Source of the DNA: Sulfurospirillaceae bacterium
Lineage (GTDB): Bacteria > Campylobacterota > Campylobacteria > Campylobacterales > Sulfurospirillaceae
DNA: 64,000 nucleotides
Reading direction: 5' to 3'
Assembly (NCBI GenBank): GCA_033723415.1
Contig: JAWVXD010000005.1
Location: forward strand, 128,001 to 192,000
Position 1 is the first letter of the stretch; every line of letters starts with the position of its first letter. Shown here piece by piece: positions 43,495 through 54,248 of the stretch. Both the position numbers and the translations under genes were made by a program. The notes beneath the pieces are model-generated. The model saw only the letters and a list, made by a program, of their open reading frames with translations. It made no database searches and was not told where the DNA came from.

Positions 43495-46249
43495 TTAGAA
43501 CACCATCGCATCTATGACATAAACTATCCTCTTCTTTTGCTCTATATTTCCAACATCTTGGGCATTTATGTTTGCTTGTATAGTAGATAATAAACTCATC
43601 TCCATCAACTTCAAACTTTCCTAATGCATTTTCTTCTTTATGGGATATTATCTTACTGATAGTAAACCAATCTTCTGCATCAATCTTTTCAAGTTTTGAA
43701 ATCTTCTGTGAAACTGTGCTTATAACTACTTCTAGCGTTGATTTTATCTTTTTTTCTTTCTTTAGTACATCTATGATCTCAAAGAATTTCTCTCTAGCAC
43801 TCACCATATAATCCTCGTCAAAATCAACATCTATCTTATCAAGTGGCGTATATATGAGGTCAAAAACATCTTTTGCTCCATCTTTGATTATCTCAGGAGC
43901 ATATTCTATCAACTCGTCTATAGTATAAGTCAAAGTAGGGGCAAGAAGAGCTATCAATTTTCTTGCTATCAAAGCCATAGCACTTTGAGCTGACAATCTT
44001 ATAGTATCATTTTTAGCATTACAGTACAGTCTGTCCTTAGATATATCAAGATATATGCCGCTAAGTTCAACAGTAATAAAATGTGATAAGGCAGCAAATC
44101 CTTTTGAGAAATCATACTCTCTAAATCTAGCTTCGACTTCATCAAATACAGTTTTTGCATGAGCTAGAATCCATTTGTCTATAGTATTCATCTCGTCAAC
44201 CGGTAACAAAGACTCTAGATCGTTTACATTTGCCAATAAAAATCTAAATGTATTTCTTATCTTCCTGTATTGCTCACTTGTCTGTTTTAGTATATTGTCG
44301 CTGATTTTTAAATCAGTTGTATATTCACTTCCTCCAACCCAAAGACGAAGTATCTCGACTCCATATTTTTTTGCTATATCGCTTGGAGCCAGAACATTTC
44401 CTTTGGACTTGCTCATCTTTTCACCCTTTTCATCAACGGTAAAACCATGAGTCAATATCTTTTGGTATGGAGCTATACCGTTATTTGCAGTGCTCACAAG
44501 GAGGGAACTTTGGAACCATCCTCTGTGTTGGTCACTACCTTCCAAGTACATTGAAGCAGGGTAATCTCCGGCATCATAATCGCGGGATTCCAAAACTGCC
44601 TTCCAAGTACTTCCGCTATCGAACCATACATCAAGTATATCCATAACCTTTTCTAAATTTTTAGGGTCATATCCGCTATTTGGCACCAATAGATCTTCTA
44701 TTTCAAGATCCCACCAAGCGTCAGCTCCTTTTTCATCAAATATACTTGCAATATGATCTATGACTTTTTCATCAAAAATAGGCTCATCAGTAGTCTTATC
44801 TCTAAAGAATGCTATAGGCACACCCCAGTCTCTTTGTCTAGATATACACCAATCCGGGCGATTTTCTATCATTGTTGCAAGTCTCTTCATCCCTGTTTTT
44901 GGATAAAACGTAACTTTTTCAAGCTCTTTCATAGCCATGTTTCTAAGAGAATCTCTGCCTTCATTTTCTTTATCCATTGCTATAAACCACTGTTTGGTCG
45001 CTCTATAAATAACAGGTTGGTGCGTTCTCCAACAAAACGGATATGAGTGCGTGAATTTAGAGCATTTCAAAAGTGAACTGCCCAATATTTCCAAAATTCT
45101 CTCATTGGCCTTAAATATATGTTCTCCGACAAAACTCTGCGCATCAGGCAAAAGGGCTTCTCTTACAACAGTCTCGTCATAACAACCTCTCTCATCTACA
45201 GGCATAATTACTTCTAGTCCATACTTTAATCCGACCCTATAGTCATCCTCACCATGTCCTGGAGCCGTATGTACACATCCGCTTCCGCCATCAACAGTTA
45301 CATGCTTACCCAATATCAATCTTGATTTTCTACCGTTTAACGGACTTATAGCAAACTCGTTTTCCAAGAGTGCCGCATCAAATGTTCTGACAATCTCACC
45401 TTTTAAAACTTCTTGCTTCAAAAGATCTTCATGTAAATCTTGTGCGACTATGAAGTTGTCACTTGTAAGAACGTATTTTTCAGACGGACTGAAAGAGATA
45501 GCCATATTTGCCGGCAGTGTCCAAGGAGTCGTTGTCCAAATAATTACAAAGGCATCGTCTTGCAGCTTTAGCTTTTCTTTTGCACCTGCATCTAACTTGA
45601 AGGCAACATAGATAGAGTAATCTTCTTTGTCCTCGTACTCGACTTCTGCTTCTGCCAGTGCTGTTCTAGCTGCCCATGACCAATACACGGGTTTGCTTCG
45701 CTCGATCAATAATCCTTTTTTGCTAACAACACAAAGAGCTCTATAGATATCTGCCTCAAATTTTGTTTTCATAGTCATATATGGGTTTTCCCAGTCACCT
45801 ATAACACCAAGTGCCTTAAACTCATCACTTTGAATATCTATAAATTTTCTAGCATGTTCTCTACACAACTCTCGAAGTTCACTTTTCGGCAATGACTCTT
45901 TTTTGCTTTTGCCTATATTTTTCTCAACTTGCTGTTCTATTGGAAGACCGTGACAATCCCAGCCCGGTACGTATCGTACATTTTCACCGAAGACATAGTG
46001 TGTTTTGGTAATGATATCTTTTAAAATTTTATTTAACGCATGCCCTATATGGATGTGCCCATTTGCATATGGAGGCCCATCGTGCAAATAAAAACTTTTT
46101 TTTGCATCTTTTCTATTATTTATCATTCTCTCATAAGCACTGTTTTCTTTGCTAAACCATTTATTATATCTCAAGGGCTCGTTTTGCGGTAAATTCCCTC
46201 TCATCGGATAGTCAGTTTGTGGCAATAGCAATGAATCTTTATAATCCAT
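43487..46249 (-). CDS. ileS: Isoleucyl-tRNA synthetase
   Basis: HIGH, KMSKS, C-terminal CPRCW...CHRC zinc finger. Confidence 0.99.
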   Translation of the reverse strand: MDYKDSLLLPQTDYPMRGNLPQNEPLRYNKWFSKENSAYERMINNRKDAKKSFYLHDGPPYANGHIHIGHALNKILKDIITKTHYVFGENVRYVPGWDCHGLPIEQQVEKNIGKSKKESLPKSELRELCREHARKFIDIQSDEFKALGVIGDWENPYMTMKTKFEADIYRALCVVSKKGLLIERSKPVYWSWAARTALAEAEVEYEDKEDYSIYVAFKLDAGAKEKLKLQDDAFVIIWTTTPWTLPANMAISFSPSEKYVLTSDNFIVAQDLHEDLLKQEVLKGEIVRTFDAALLENEFAISPLNGRKSRLILGKHVTVDGGSGCVHTAPGHGEDDYRVGLKYGLEVIMPVDERGCYDETVVREALLPDAQSFVGEHIFKANERILEILGSSLLKCSKFTHSYPFCWRTHQPVIYRATKQWFIAMDKENEGRDSLRNMAMKELEKVTFYPKTGMKRLATMIENRPDWCISRQRDWGVPIAFFRDKTTDEPIFDEKVIDHIASIFDEKGADAWWDLEIEDLLVPNSGYDPKNLEKVMDILDVWFDSGSTWKAVLESRDYDAGDYPASMYLEGSDQHRGWFQSSLLVSTANNGIAPYQKILTHGFTVDEKGEKMSKSKGNVLAPSDIAKKYGVEILRLWVGGSEYTTDLKISDNILKQTSEQYRKIRNTFRFLLANVNDLESLLPVDEMNTIDKWILAHAKTVFDEVEARFREYDFSKGFAALSHFITVELSGIYLDISKDRLYCNAKNDTIRLSAQSAMALIARKLIALLAPTLTYTIDELIEYAPEIIKDGAKDVFDLIYTPLDKIDVDFDEDYMVSAREKFFEIIDVLKKEKKIKSTLEVVISTVSQKISKLEKIDAEDWFTISKIISHKEENALGKFEVDGDEFIIYYTSKHKCPRCWKYRAKEEDSLCHRCDGVLNV

Positions 46250-46453
46250 AATCAAATACTCCTTGAATAATTACAAAAAACTCTTGCAATCTTTAAAAAT
46301 TAGAAGATTTTATCTAAAATCTATTTAAGAAGCACTTATTTGGTATAATTACAACAATTAACTTTTATATAGAGCAAAGAGAGAGTTATTGATCTTAGGG
46401 CACTTGAAATTGTTATTAAAAAGTTATAAATTGTTCAAAGTCAGGAGATATAG

Positions 46454-47542
46454 ATGGGTAATTCATTGATCATAATAGGAGAATCTTTAATCTACAACAA
46501 ACCTTTTATGGATTATGTCATGGAGAACTTAAATAAACATATAGTCTTATTTGATGTCATAAAACATTTAAATAAAAACGATAATAACTTTTTTCTTGAT
46601 TTAGAAGAAACTATCAATAAATACAAACAGACAATAATAATAGCAGAAGAAGATTCATACAATTTTGTAAATAAAATTTTTTCAACTCTCAATAGTGATA
46701 ATCTAGTACTAAAAGACAATATGCTGATCCCCTCAAAATCCATCATGTACTCAAATAATTCCTATCTTGTAAAAAAAGACGACAATCTGATCAATGTTAT
46801 AAGTGTGTGCGAAAATGAAAAGATGCCTGATATCCTAATAGGTGACATTGATGAGTGTAAAACTTTTACAATAATCGATATTGATATGGATTCTATCAAT
46901 ATTTTATTAGATCCTCTTTGCAGCACATACGAGATAAAGATAAGCACGACCTCGATCGTTCCGGGATGGACAAATGTTAATGCAAGAGCATATAAGTACG
47001 GAAATTTAGAAAACTTTCTAAAATCGGTCAAATCACTACTGACTCACAAATACATAGATACTGATGATGTAATAGCACATATCGCTACTTCTTTAGAAAA
47101 AAACAAAAAGAAGATTACGGCAGTTGAAAGCTGTACCGGTGGATTGATCTCTTCTATGCTGACAAAACATCCGGGTGTTTCTGCCGTTTTTGATGGAGGG
47201 CTAGTTACTTACGCTAATGAAATAAAAGAATCATGGCTTGGAGTGACAAAAGAGACTTTGGATAGATTTGGAGCGGTCAGCGAAGAGTGTTTGCGTGAGA
47301 TGCTAGACGGTGCTTTACAGATAAGCAAAGCAGATTATGCTTTAGCGACAAGCGGTATAGCTGGTCCTGATGGCGGCAGCGTACAAAAACCTGTAGGTAC
47401 TGTATATGTTGGAGTTAAAACAAAAAATGGAGATATGAAGATAGAAAGACTTCTTTTAAAAGGAGATAGAAAATATATACAAAAACAAAGCGCTTATCAT
47501 GCTTTTAAATTGCTTCTGGAGATTGACAAAGAACTCTTTTAA
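46454..47542 (+). CDS. cinA: CinA-like protein with C-terminal PncC (NMN deamidase) domain
   Basis: AVESCTGG, GAVSEEC, SGIAGPDGG, KPVGTV. Confidence 0.9.
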   Translation: MGNSLIIIGESLIYNKPFMDYVMENLNKHIVLFDVIKHLNKNDNNFFLDLEETINKYKQTIIIAEEDSYNFVNKIFSTLNSDNLVLKDNMLIPSKSIMYSNNSYLVKKDDNLINVISVCENEKMPDILIGDIDECKTFTIIDIDMDSINILLDPLCSTYEIKISTTSIVPGWTNVNARAYKYGNLENFLKSVKSLLTHKYIDTDDVIAHIATSLEKNKKKITAVESCTGGLISSMLTKHPGVSAVFDGGLVTYANEIKESWLGVTKETLDRFGAVSEECLREMLDGALQISKADYALATSGIAGPDGGSVQKPVGTVYVGVKTKNGDMKIERLLLKGDRKYIQKQSAYHAFKLLLEIDKELF

Positions 47543-47571
47543 AAAATATTTCACTTTTTTTAAATTTTCTC

Positions 47572-47600
47572 TTGACAAATAAATCTTTTTTCTCTATAAT
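47572..47600 (+). promoter_or_regulatory. Consensus sigma70 promoter of tRNA operon
   Basis: TTGACA-17 nt-TATAAT. Confidence 0.9.
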
Positions 47601-47623
47601 TTCAACCTCATTACAAAATGAAC

Positions 47624-47699
47624 GACTCGTTAGCTCAGCCGGTAGAGCATCTCCCTTTTAAGGAGGTGGCCGTTGGTTCGAATCCAACACGGGTCACCA
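47624..47699 (+). tRNA. tRNA-Lys(UUU)
   Basis: Cloverleaf, anticodon loop CTTTTAA, GTTCGAA T-loop, CCA end. Confidence 0.96.
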
Positions 47700-47708
47700 T
47701 TATAATGC

Positions 47709-47784
47709 GACCCCATCGTCTAGTGGTCCAGGACCCCGCCCTTTCACGGCGGTAACAGGGGTTCAAATCCCCTTGGGGTCGCCA
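47709..47784 (+). tRNA. tRNA-Glu(UUC)
   Basis: GACCCCA/TGGGGTC acceptor stem, CTTTCAC loop, CCA. Confidence 0.96.
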
Positions 47785-47812
47785 TTAATTTGAACAGTTC
47801 CTGGACAGTTTC

Positions 47813-47888
47813 GGTCGTTTAGCTCAGTTGGTAGAGCGCCACCCTTACAAGGTGGATGTCAGAAGTTCGAGTCTTCTAACGACCACCA
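47813..47888 (+). tRNA. tRNA-Val(UAC)
   Basis: GGTCGTT/AACGACC acceptor stem, CTTACAA loop, CCA. Confidence 0.96.
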
Positions 47889-47940
47889 TTTTTATAAGCT
47901 ATTTAGGTTTCGCCTAAATATATGTGACATCTTTTTATGC

Positions 47941-48017
47941 GCGGCGGTAGTTCAGTTGGTTAGAATACCGGCCTGTCACGCCGGGGGTCGCGGGTTCGAG
48001 TCCCGTCCGCCGCGCCA
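47941..48017 (+). tRNA. tRNA-Asp(GUC)
   Basis: GCGGCGG/CCGCCGC acceptor stem, CTGTCAC loop, CCA. Confidence 0.96.
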
Positions 48018-48038
48018 CTTCTTAAAAAACAAATAATT

Positions 48039-48482
48039 TTAAATTCTTTTATTTCTTTCTAGTAAGCCCTGATTTTCGTATATATCTATTTCACTATGGT
48101 ACTCTTTATTTGCCTCTTTGAGTTTTTCATCCATGTAAGCAATCAATTTTGCATCTGCGTTTTTATGACTTGCTATCAATAAAATGAAATGTAGATATGT
48201 CTTTACGTCTTTAGGAAGTTTAAACTTTATTTTCTTAGGGAAAGGAAGTTCTTTAGCAACTATATCTATAGCTTTTTTTAAATCTTCTTGTGTGCTGTTT
48301 CTATCTACAGCGATCTCTGTCATATCTTTGATTGTCGGTTTATCTTCAGGATATCCTGATGTCTTGATTATTTTCGTTTCGACTATAGTTTTGTTGTTTT
48401 TAATAGTTATTAAGACAATCGTAATAAATATGACTATTACAATAAAAATAATTATAGATATCAGTATATATTTTTCTTGCAA
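48039..48482 (-). CDS. Membrane-anchored hypothetical protein
   Basis: N-terminal TM, helical soluble domain, AGGGG RBS before TTG. Confidence 0.75.
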   Translation of the reverse strand: MQEKYILISIIIFIVIVIFITIVLITIKNNKTIVETKIIKTSGYPEDKPTIKDMTEIAVDRNSTQEDLKKAIDIVAKELPFPKKIKFKLPKDVKTYLHFILLIASHKNADAKLIAYMDEKLKEANKEYHSEIDIYENQGLLERNKRI

Positions 48483-48524
48483 CCTTGTCCCCTTTTATAA
48501 TATAAAGTGAACATATTATAGCTA

Positions 48525-48553
48525 ATGCCGCCAAGTTTTTTGCTTAGCGGCAT
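48525..48553 (-). terminator. Stem-loop after the cytochrome c synthase gene
   Basis: ATGCCGCCAAG / CTTAGCGGCAT. Confidence 0.55.
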
Positions 48554-48561
48554 AAAATATT

Positions 48562-51500
48562 TTAGAGTTTTTTATCCATTTTCCTATTTCTAAATGATAA
48601 TACTATAACAGCAAAAACAGTTGCTACGGTATAGTATACAAAAGTAGGAATCGGAACAGGATCTCCTGTTGCGTATGAATGCATTCCTGATAGATAATAA
48701 TTGACACCAAAGTATGTCATGATAATTGAAGAATATGCTAATGTTGAAGCTACAGCAAAAGCAAAAGGCGTACTAAGTTTCGGTACAAATCTAAAATGTA
48801 CTACTGCTGCAAATATCAAAATCGACACTAGTGCCCAAGTCTCTTTTGGATCCCAACCCCAATATCTGCCCCATGATTCATTTGCCCATACGCCACCTAG
48901 GAAGTTTCCTATAGTTAGCAGGCTCAATCCAAGTATCATAGCCATTTCATTTATTCTAGTGGCTTCTACTATGCTTCTGTCCAACTCTTGAGCTCTCTTT
49001 GTATTGGCGTTTGGCTGTCTAAATATAAATAGGATAAGTGTAAAGAATCCTAACAAGGCACAGAGTCCTAAAAATCCGTAACTTGCCGTAATGATAGAAA
49101 CGTGAATATCTAGCCAATATGAACTTAGAACCGGTACTAAGGTCGTAATTTGAGGGTCCATCCAACTTAAATGTGCTACAAAAAGCGTAATTCCTGCCAG
49201 AATAGAAGTCAAAGAAAGTGCTATTGTCGCCTGTCTTGAGAAAATTATACCTGAGAGTATAATCGCCCAGGCAATATATATCATAGACTCATATCCATTG
49301 CTCCATGGGGCATGTCCGTCAATATATCCTCTAAGTGCCAGACCTACTGTATGTGCAATAAAACCTAGGACAATGATGAAGAATATGACTTTAGAAGCTC
49401 TTTTGATATTTAGAGACGGCTTCATCATCTTTGCAAATATGAACATGAGCAGAATAAATCCACTTAAAAGGTATAAAGGGGTCAATCTTTGAAATATATG
49501 CGCTTTATTAAAGAATATCTCTGCTTTGATCTTACTAGGACTAGGTATGATCTCAGAAGCATACTGCTCTTGATATTTTTTTATGCCATCTATCGCGTTA
49601 TTTGCATCACTCCAGTTTCCTGTTTTAATTCCTGTAGCAATACCGTCAAAATATCCTGCAAGCATTTTTCTTACTTCTTCACCTTCACTCTTTGGAAAAG
49701 TAGTAATTGCATCTTTTGGGCTAAACCATTTATTGTTCTGATCATTTATCTTTGGTATTATTTTTAAGATATCCCCTGTATAGACCATATAACATATATT
49801 TAACCTCTCATCGACTTTGAGAATATCTTTGTCAAATTTATTTCGTTCACTTGGGCTCTTTCTACTGGCTTCTTCTGCATATTTTGCCAATTTGTAAGCC
49901 CCACCGTCTTTATTTGTTACAAAGAATTGATTGAAATCTGCATATTTTTCATCCGGACTCATACCAAGAATTTTTTTGATAGTCGGATGAAAAACATATA
50001 TCATTTTTTGTGTTTGCCACTCTTTAGGACTGGCTATCATCCCTAGCAACACTTGATTTGGAGTCAAACCTTTAAAATTTGTACCTCTGTATACTTTATT
50101 TAATACATCAGTAGAGAGTGTGTCTATAGGCTTTATCCTGCCATCTGCACTTTGTACGAGTATCGTGCCAAAATTCTGGGCACTGTTTTTATCAAATTTT
50201 TTAAGAAAATTAAAAACGCTGTCATCTGCTTTTGCTTGATTTACACTTAAAAAGCTAAGTGATATAAATAGTGCTAAAAGCAGAGATTTAGTTTTATTTG
50301 CATCTCTTTGTATCATGCTTGCCAACTTTCTAAATCTACTTTTTGGATTCAACAGGTTAAAGAACAATCCAAGTCCTAACAAGAAATAACCTAAATAAGT
50401 AGGCCATTTGCCTGGATCTCTGTTAACAGAAAGGATCGTACCCATTTCATCTCTATCATATGATGATTGAAAAAATCTATATCCGCCATAGTTAAGTACA
50501 TGGTTCATATATATTCTATATGGCATATGTACATTATTTGCTTTGTCTATAACCTCTACTTCACTAGCATAAGACATAGGTGACATTGAACCAGGATATC
50601 TCTCTAGTTGGAATTCGATCAATTTTAGTGAAAAAGGTAATTTAATTATTTTGCTTCCCCATTTTAGCTCAAATGGCGTGCCTGCAACAGTTACTTTCTT
50701 AGCTACCCCTTCTGAACCTTTTCCTCTGCCAAACATCGCAACTTCTTTAGTTTCACCTTTGTAGCTAAGGTCTACTAACACAGCTGACATTTTCATTTTA
50801 GATCTTCTGAACATCGGATTATCTTCACTGACTATTTTTTCTTTAGCGTGAGTTAACATTTGTCTTGGAGCAATATTTACCCCACCTATAGTGTATAATC
50901 TACCTGTTGTAAATTCATACTCTTTATTAGCTTCAAACTCTCCTCTTGTATTTTGTCGCATCCTAAACCAACCGATGGGAGTTGAAGAGTTTACGTAAAA
51001 TTTGCCGTCTTTTACGTAGATCTTGATAATATTTTTATCTGTAGAATTAACCGGAGAGTCAAAAGCAATGATATTATTGCCGGCCGTATAAACCTGTCCT
51101 TTTTGTAAAGTAACATTATTTGGACTGCCGCCAACACTTACAAGCATCGTTATTGTTGCTTTTCCACTTGGATCAGAGACAAGTTTTGTTACTGCATTTG
51201 GAATAAATTTTTTAAATTTAACATCAGCTGTATCACCAGCAACATTCAATTTTATATCAAATTTATTATCTCCGAGAGAAGATAAGAGTTTTTTCAAACT
51301 CACCTCATATTTTTTATCTCCCTTAACTGCACTCACTGTTATATTTGGAGCACTGGAAAGCATTTTGTCTGCTGTCATACCATTTCGAATATGCAAGATT
51401 CCTTCATAACCAAAATATCTTGTAATGCCGGCACCTATAAGTATGACTATAAAAGCAAGATGAAATAAAAAAGCCGGTAGTTTATCACGTTTGTACATTT

Positions 51501-51705
51501 TGTACTTGATTATGTTATTCGCCAATAAAATTGCGAGTGCAACTTGTATGGCTGCGAACCACCAACTGGTATAAATGATAGCCCAAGCGGCTTCAGTACC
51601 AAAATCATTTTCAATGAAAGTAGCGACTCCGCTAACAACACCAAAAATAAAAAGAAGTAAAATCACTGTTCTCATGGACATGAGTGATTTAAAAAATTTG
51701 TTCAT
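48562..51705 (-). CDS. ccsBA: Fused CcsBA-type (system II) cytochrome c synthase
   Basis: N-terminal ResB/CcsB region (FHLAF, YPGSMSPMSYAS, MNHVL) and C-terminal WWD domain WANESWGRYWGWDPKETW, GMHSY. Confidence 0.93.
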   Translation of the reverse strand: MNKFFKSLMSMRTVILLLFIFGVVSGVATFIENDFGTEAAWAIIYTSWWFAAIQVALAILLANNIIKYKMYKRDKLPAFLFHLAFIVILIGAGITRYFGYEGILHIRNGMTADKMLSSAPNITVSAVKGDKKYEVSLKKLLSSLGDNKFDIKLNVAGDTADVKFKKFIPNAVTKLVSDPSGKATITMLVSVGGSPNNVTLQKGQVYTAGNNIIAFDSPVNSTDKNIIKIYVKDGKFYVNSSTPIGWFRMRQNTRGEFEANKEYEFTTGRLYTIGGVNIAPRQMLTHAKEKIVSEDNPMFRRSKMKMSAVLVDLSYKGETKEVAMFGRGKGSEGVAKKVTVAGTPFELKWGSKIIKLPFSLKLIEFQLERYPGSMSPMSYASEVEVIDKANNVHMPYRIYMNHVLNYGGYRFFQSSYDRDEMGTILSVNRDPGKWPTYLGYFLLGLGLFFNLLNPKSRFRKLASMIQRDANKTKSLLLALFISLSFLSVNQAKADDSVFNFLKKFDKNSAQNFGTILVQSADGRIKPIDTLSTDVLNKVYRGTNFKGLTPNQVLLGMIASPKEWQTQKMIYVFHPTIKKILGMSPDEKYADFNQFFVTNKDGGAYKLAKYAEEASRKSPSERNKFDKDILKVDERLNICYMVYTGDILKIIPKINDQNNKWFSPKDAITTFPKSEGEEVRKMLAGYFDGIATGIKTGNWSDANNAIDGIKKYQEQYASEIIPSPSKIKAEIFFNKAHIFQRLTPLYLLSGFILLMFIFAKMMKPSLNIKRASKVIFFIIVLGFIAHTVGLALRGYIDGHAPWSNGYESMIYIAWAIILSGIIFSRQATIALSLTSILAGITLFVAHLSWMDPQITTLVPVLSSYWLDIHVSIITASYGFLGLCALLGFFTLILFIFRQPNANTKRAQELDRSIVEATRINEMAMILGLSLLTIGNFLGGVWANESWGRYWGWDPKETWALVSILIFAAVVHFRFVPKLSTPFAFAVASTLAYSSIIMTYFGVNYYLSGMHSYATGDPVPIPTFVYYTVATVFAVIVLSFRNRKMDKKL

Positions 51706-51780
51706 AAAATCCCCTATATTATAATATAATTAGGGGATTTTAACAGATAAAAGTAAATATTGTTTAAATATTAGTATTTC

Positions 51781-52476
51781 TTATCCACCGAGGTATTTTT
51801 GTCTGATAGAATCGTCTCCTATCATGTCGGCAGCATTACCATGCATTGCAATTTGACCATTCTCTAGAACATACGCTCTATCAGATATATTAAGGGCTGC
51901 AAAAGCATTTTGTTCGACCAAAAGAATAGTAATACCCTCTTCTCTGAGTCTTATAATAGTATCAAAAACTTCACCCACGATTTTTGGTGCAAGCCCCAGG
52001 CTTGGCTCATCTAGCATTAAAAGTTTCGGCTCGCTCATAAGTGCTCTAGCGATTGCTAGCATTTGCTGCTCGCCACCACTTAGCGTTCCTGCCATTTGTC
52101 TTCTTTTTTGCTCAATTCTTGGGAAAAGTTTATACATAGCATCTTTTAAGTGCTCATAATTCTCATCATTGTTAAAAGCACCCATTCTAAGGTTTTCTTC
52201 AACACTCAAATTGATAAAAACTCTCCTTCCTTCAGGAACTAGAGCTAAACCTTTTTGAACCATAGTGTGAGTTTTATGATGTTTAGTATCATATCCGCCA
52301 AAGGAGACAGTTCCTTTTCTTTTTGTACTGTTAAGAACTGCTTGCAGTGTTGATGTTTTCCCAGCTCCGTTTGAACCGATCAATGAGACTATTTCACCCT
52401 CATTTACTTCAAAACTCACTTTTCTGACAGCAGCAATAACTCCATAATAGACTTCTAAATTTTCAACTTTAAGCAT
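51781..52476 (-). CDS. livF: Branched-chain amino acid ABC ATPase
   Basis: GSNGAGKT, LSGGEQQM, DEPSLGLAP; start trimmed to ATG 52476. Confidence 0.95.
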   Translation of the reverse strand: MLKVENLEVYYGVIAAVRKVSFEVNEGEIVSLIGSNGAGKTSTLQAVLNSTKRKGTVSFGGYDTKHHKTHTMVQKGLALVPEGRRVFINLSVEENLRMGAFNNDENYEHLKDAMYKLFPRIEQKRRQMAGTLSGGEQQMLAIARALMSEPKLLMLDEPSLGLAPKIVGEVFDTIIRLREEGITILLVEQNAFAALNISDRAYVLENGQIAMHGNAADMIGDDSIRQKYLGG

Positions 52477-53236
52477 GTTTAAAATCCCCCAAGTATGCTG
52501 CAACAACTTTTTCATCAACAATAGCGTCGCTAGGTTTCCCTTCAAAAATTTCTTCACCGTAATCTAAAACAAGCACTTTATCACACATATTGTTTACAAA
52601 TTTCATGTCATGTTCGATCAATAATACTGTAAGGCCATACTCATCTTTCACTTTTTTAATAATATGTGATAAATCCTCTGTTTCACTAGGGTTCATACCG
52701 GCTGCAGGCTCGTCAAGAAGTAATAATCTAGGATTAGTTGCCAATGCTCTGGCAATTTCAACTTTTCTTTGATTTCCATAGCTCAATGCTGTTGCATTTG
52801 AGTATGCCAAATCAGCAATGCCGAATTTGTCAAGCATATTCAGTGCATCTTGTTTTATCGTTTTTTCATAAAAGAAGTGTCTCGGTAATCTAAGGATCGA
52901 TTCAACATAAGTGTACTTTGCCTGATTGTGAAATCCAATAAGTACATTTTCCAAAACATTCATGCTCTTAAAAAGTCTAATATTTTGGAATGTTCTAGCA
53001 ATACCTTTCTCTACGATCATATTTGGTTTAATACCTGATATCTCGTCATTATTGAAAACAACTTTCCCACTTGTCTGTGTATAGTTTCCTGTAATAATAT
53101 TAAAAAGTGTTGTTTTACCTGCGCCGTTTGGTCCGATAAGTCCGTAAATTTCACCTGCATTTACATTAAATGAAAGATCGTCTATCGCAGTGACACCACC
53201 AAATTGCATAGTGATATTTTGAAGTTGCAATATCAT
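52469..53236 (-). CDS. livG: Branched-chain amino acid ABC ATPase
   Basis: GPNGAGKTT, ARTFQNIRLF, DEPAAGMN. Confidence 0.95.
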   Translation of the reverse strand: MILQLQNITMQFGGVTAIDDLSFNVNAGEIYGLIGPNGAGKTTLFNIITGNYTQTSGKVVFNNDEISGIKPNMIVEKGIARTFQNIRLFKSMNVLENVLIGFHNQAKYTYVESILRLPRHFFYEKTIKQDALNMLDKFGIADLAYSNATALSYGNQRKVEIARALATNPRLLLLDEPAAGMNPSETEDLSHIIKKVKDEYGLTVLLIEHDMKFVNNMCDKVLVLDYGEEIFEGKPSDAIVDEKVVAAYLGDFKHA

Positions 53237-54240
53237 TTGCTTCTCCTTTTTATCATATCAGACAGCTCTCTGTTGCCAAATATTCCTTTTCTTGCAAATA
53301 ACATCAATACTATCAATAATATTGAAAAAGTTACCATTCTAAGGCCAGGATGCGCTCCGGTGTTATATCCAAAAATATCCATATTTTGATCTAAGAATCT
53401 CAACCATTCCGTGCCTCCCATAACCAATATGGCTCCTATAATAGTACCACTCATTGAACCTAATCCGCCAAGTACGATTATGATCAATAGTTGGAAAGTC
53501 AATAAGAACGTGAACTGATCAGGAGATATAGTTGTCAATAATGAAGCCATCAGACCGCCACCAATACCTTCAAAGAATGCACTTGTCATAAATGCATATG
53601 TTTTTATCCAAAAAGTACTAATTCCCATAGCAATAGCAGCATCTTCATCATCCCTGACTGCTTTCATGGCTCTTCCATACTTGGAATAAATAATATTTAG
53701 CATGATGATAAAGGTTACAATCGTGATAAAACCTGTCCAGTACAAATTTGCCGTACCAGGTATATCATTTAGACCCATTGCACCATTTGTATATTTTGGT
53801 GAATTCATAGCAAATATTCTGATTATAAATCCAAAACCAAGCGTAACAATAGCTAGATAATCTCCTCTAACTCTAAAAACCGGAATTGAAAGAATAAAAG
53901 CTAGTATTGCAGCTACTACGCCACTTGCAAGAAGCGCAACAAAAAAGTTACTGTGCAATGCCAAGATAATAGGTGCAGGGTCTTCAAGTGCAAACATATC
54001 TACTTTTGTTGCAGCAGGCAATAATAGCAATGAAGTAACATATGCTCCTATAGCAACGAACCCGTTTGGCTCAAGGGAAAACTGCCCTGCCACACCATTT
54101 ATAAGATTATAACTTAAACCTAAGATTGCAAAAATAGCTATATTATTTAGTATACTAACTGTATACGGATCCAAATTGTTTTGAGCAAAAAAGATAAATA
54201 ATATAGAAATAGCTAATAGTATAATTTTTATTATTTTCAT
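53233..54240 (-). CDS. livM: Branched-chain amino acid ABC permease
   Basis: RVRGDYLAIVTLGF, VLGGLGS. Confidence 0.94.
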   Translation of the reverse strand: MKIIKIILLAISILFIFFAQNNLDPYTVSILNNIAIFAILGLSYNLINGVAGQFSLEPNGFVAIGAYVTSLLLLPAATKVDMFALEDPAPIILALHSNFFVALLASGVVAAILAFILSIPVFRVRGDYLAIVTLGFGFIIRIFAMNSPKYTNGAMGLNDIPGTANLYWTGFITIVTFIIMLNIIYSKYGRAMKAVRDDEDAAIAMGISTFWIKTYAFMTSAFFEGIGGGLMASLLTTISPDQFTFLLTFQLLIIIVLGGLGSMSGTIIGAILVMGGTEWLRFLDQNMDIFGYNTGAHPGLRMVTFSILLIVLMLFARKGIFGNRELSDMIKRRSK

Positions 54241-54248
54241 ATTTGCTC

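Noticed and set aside
47624..48482. Integration hotspot or genomic island at the tRNA cluster
   Set aside because: No integrase and no duplicated tRNA 3' end seen; flanking genes look like core genes.
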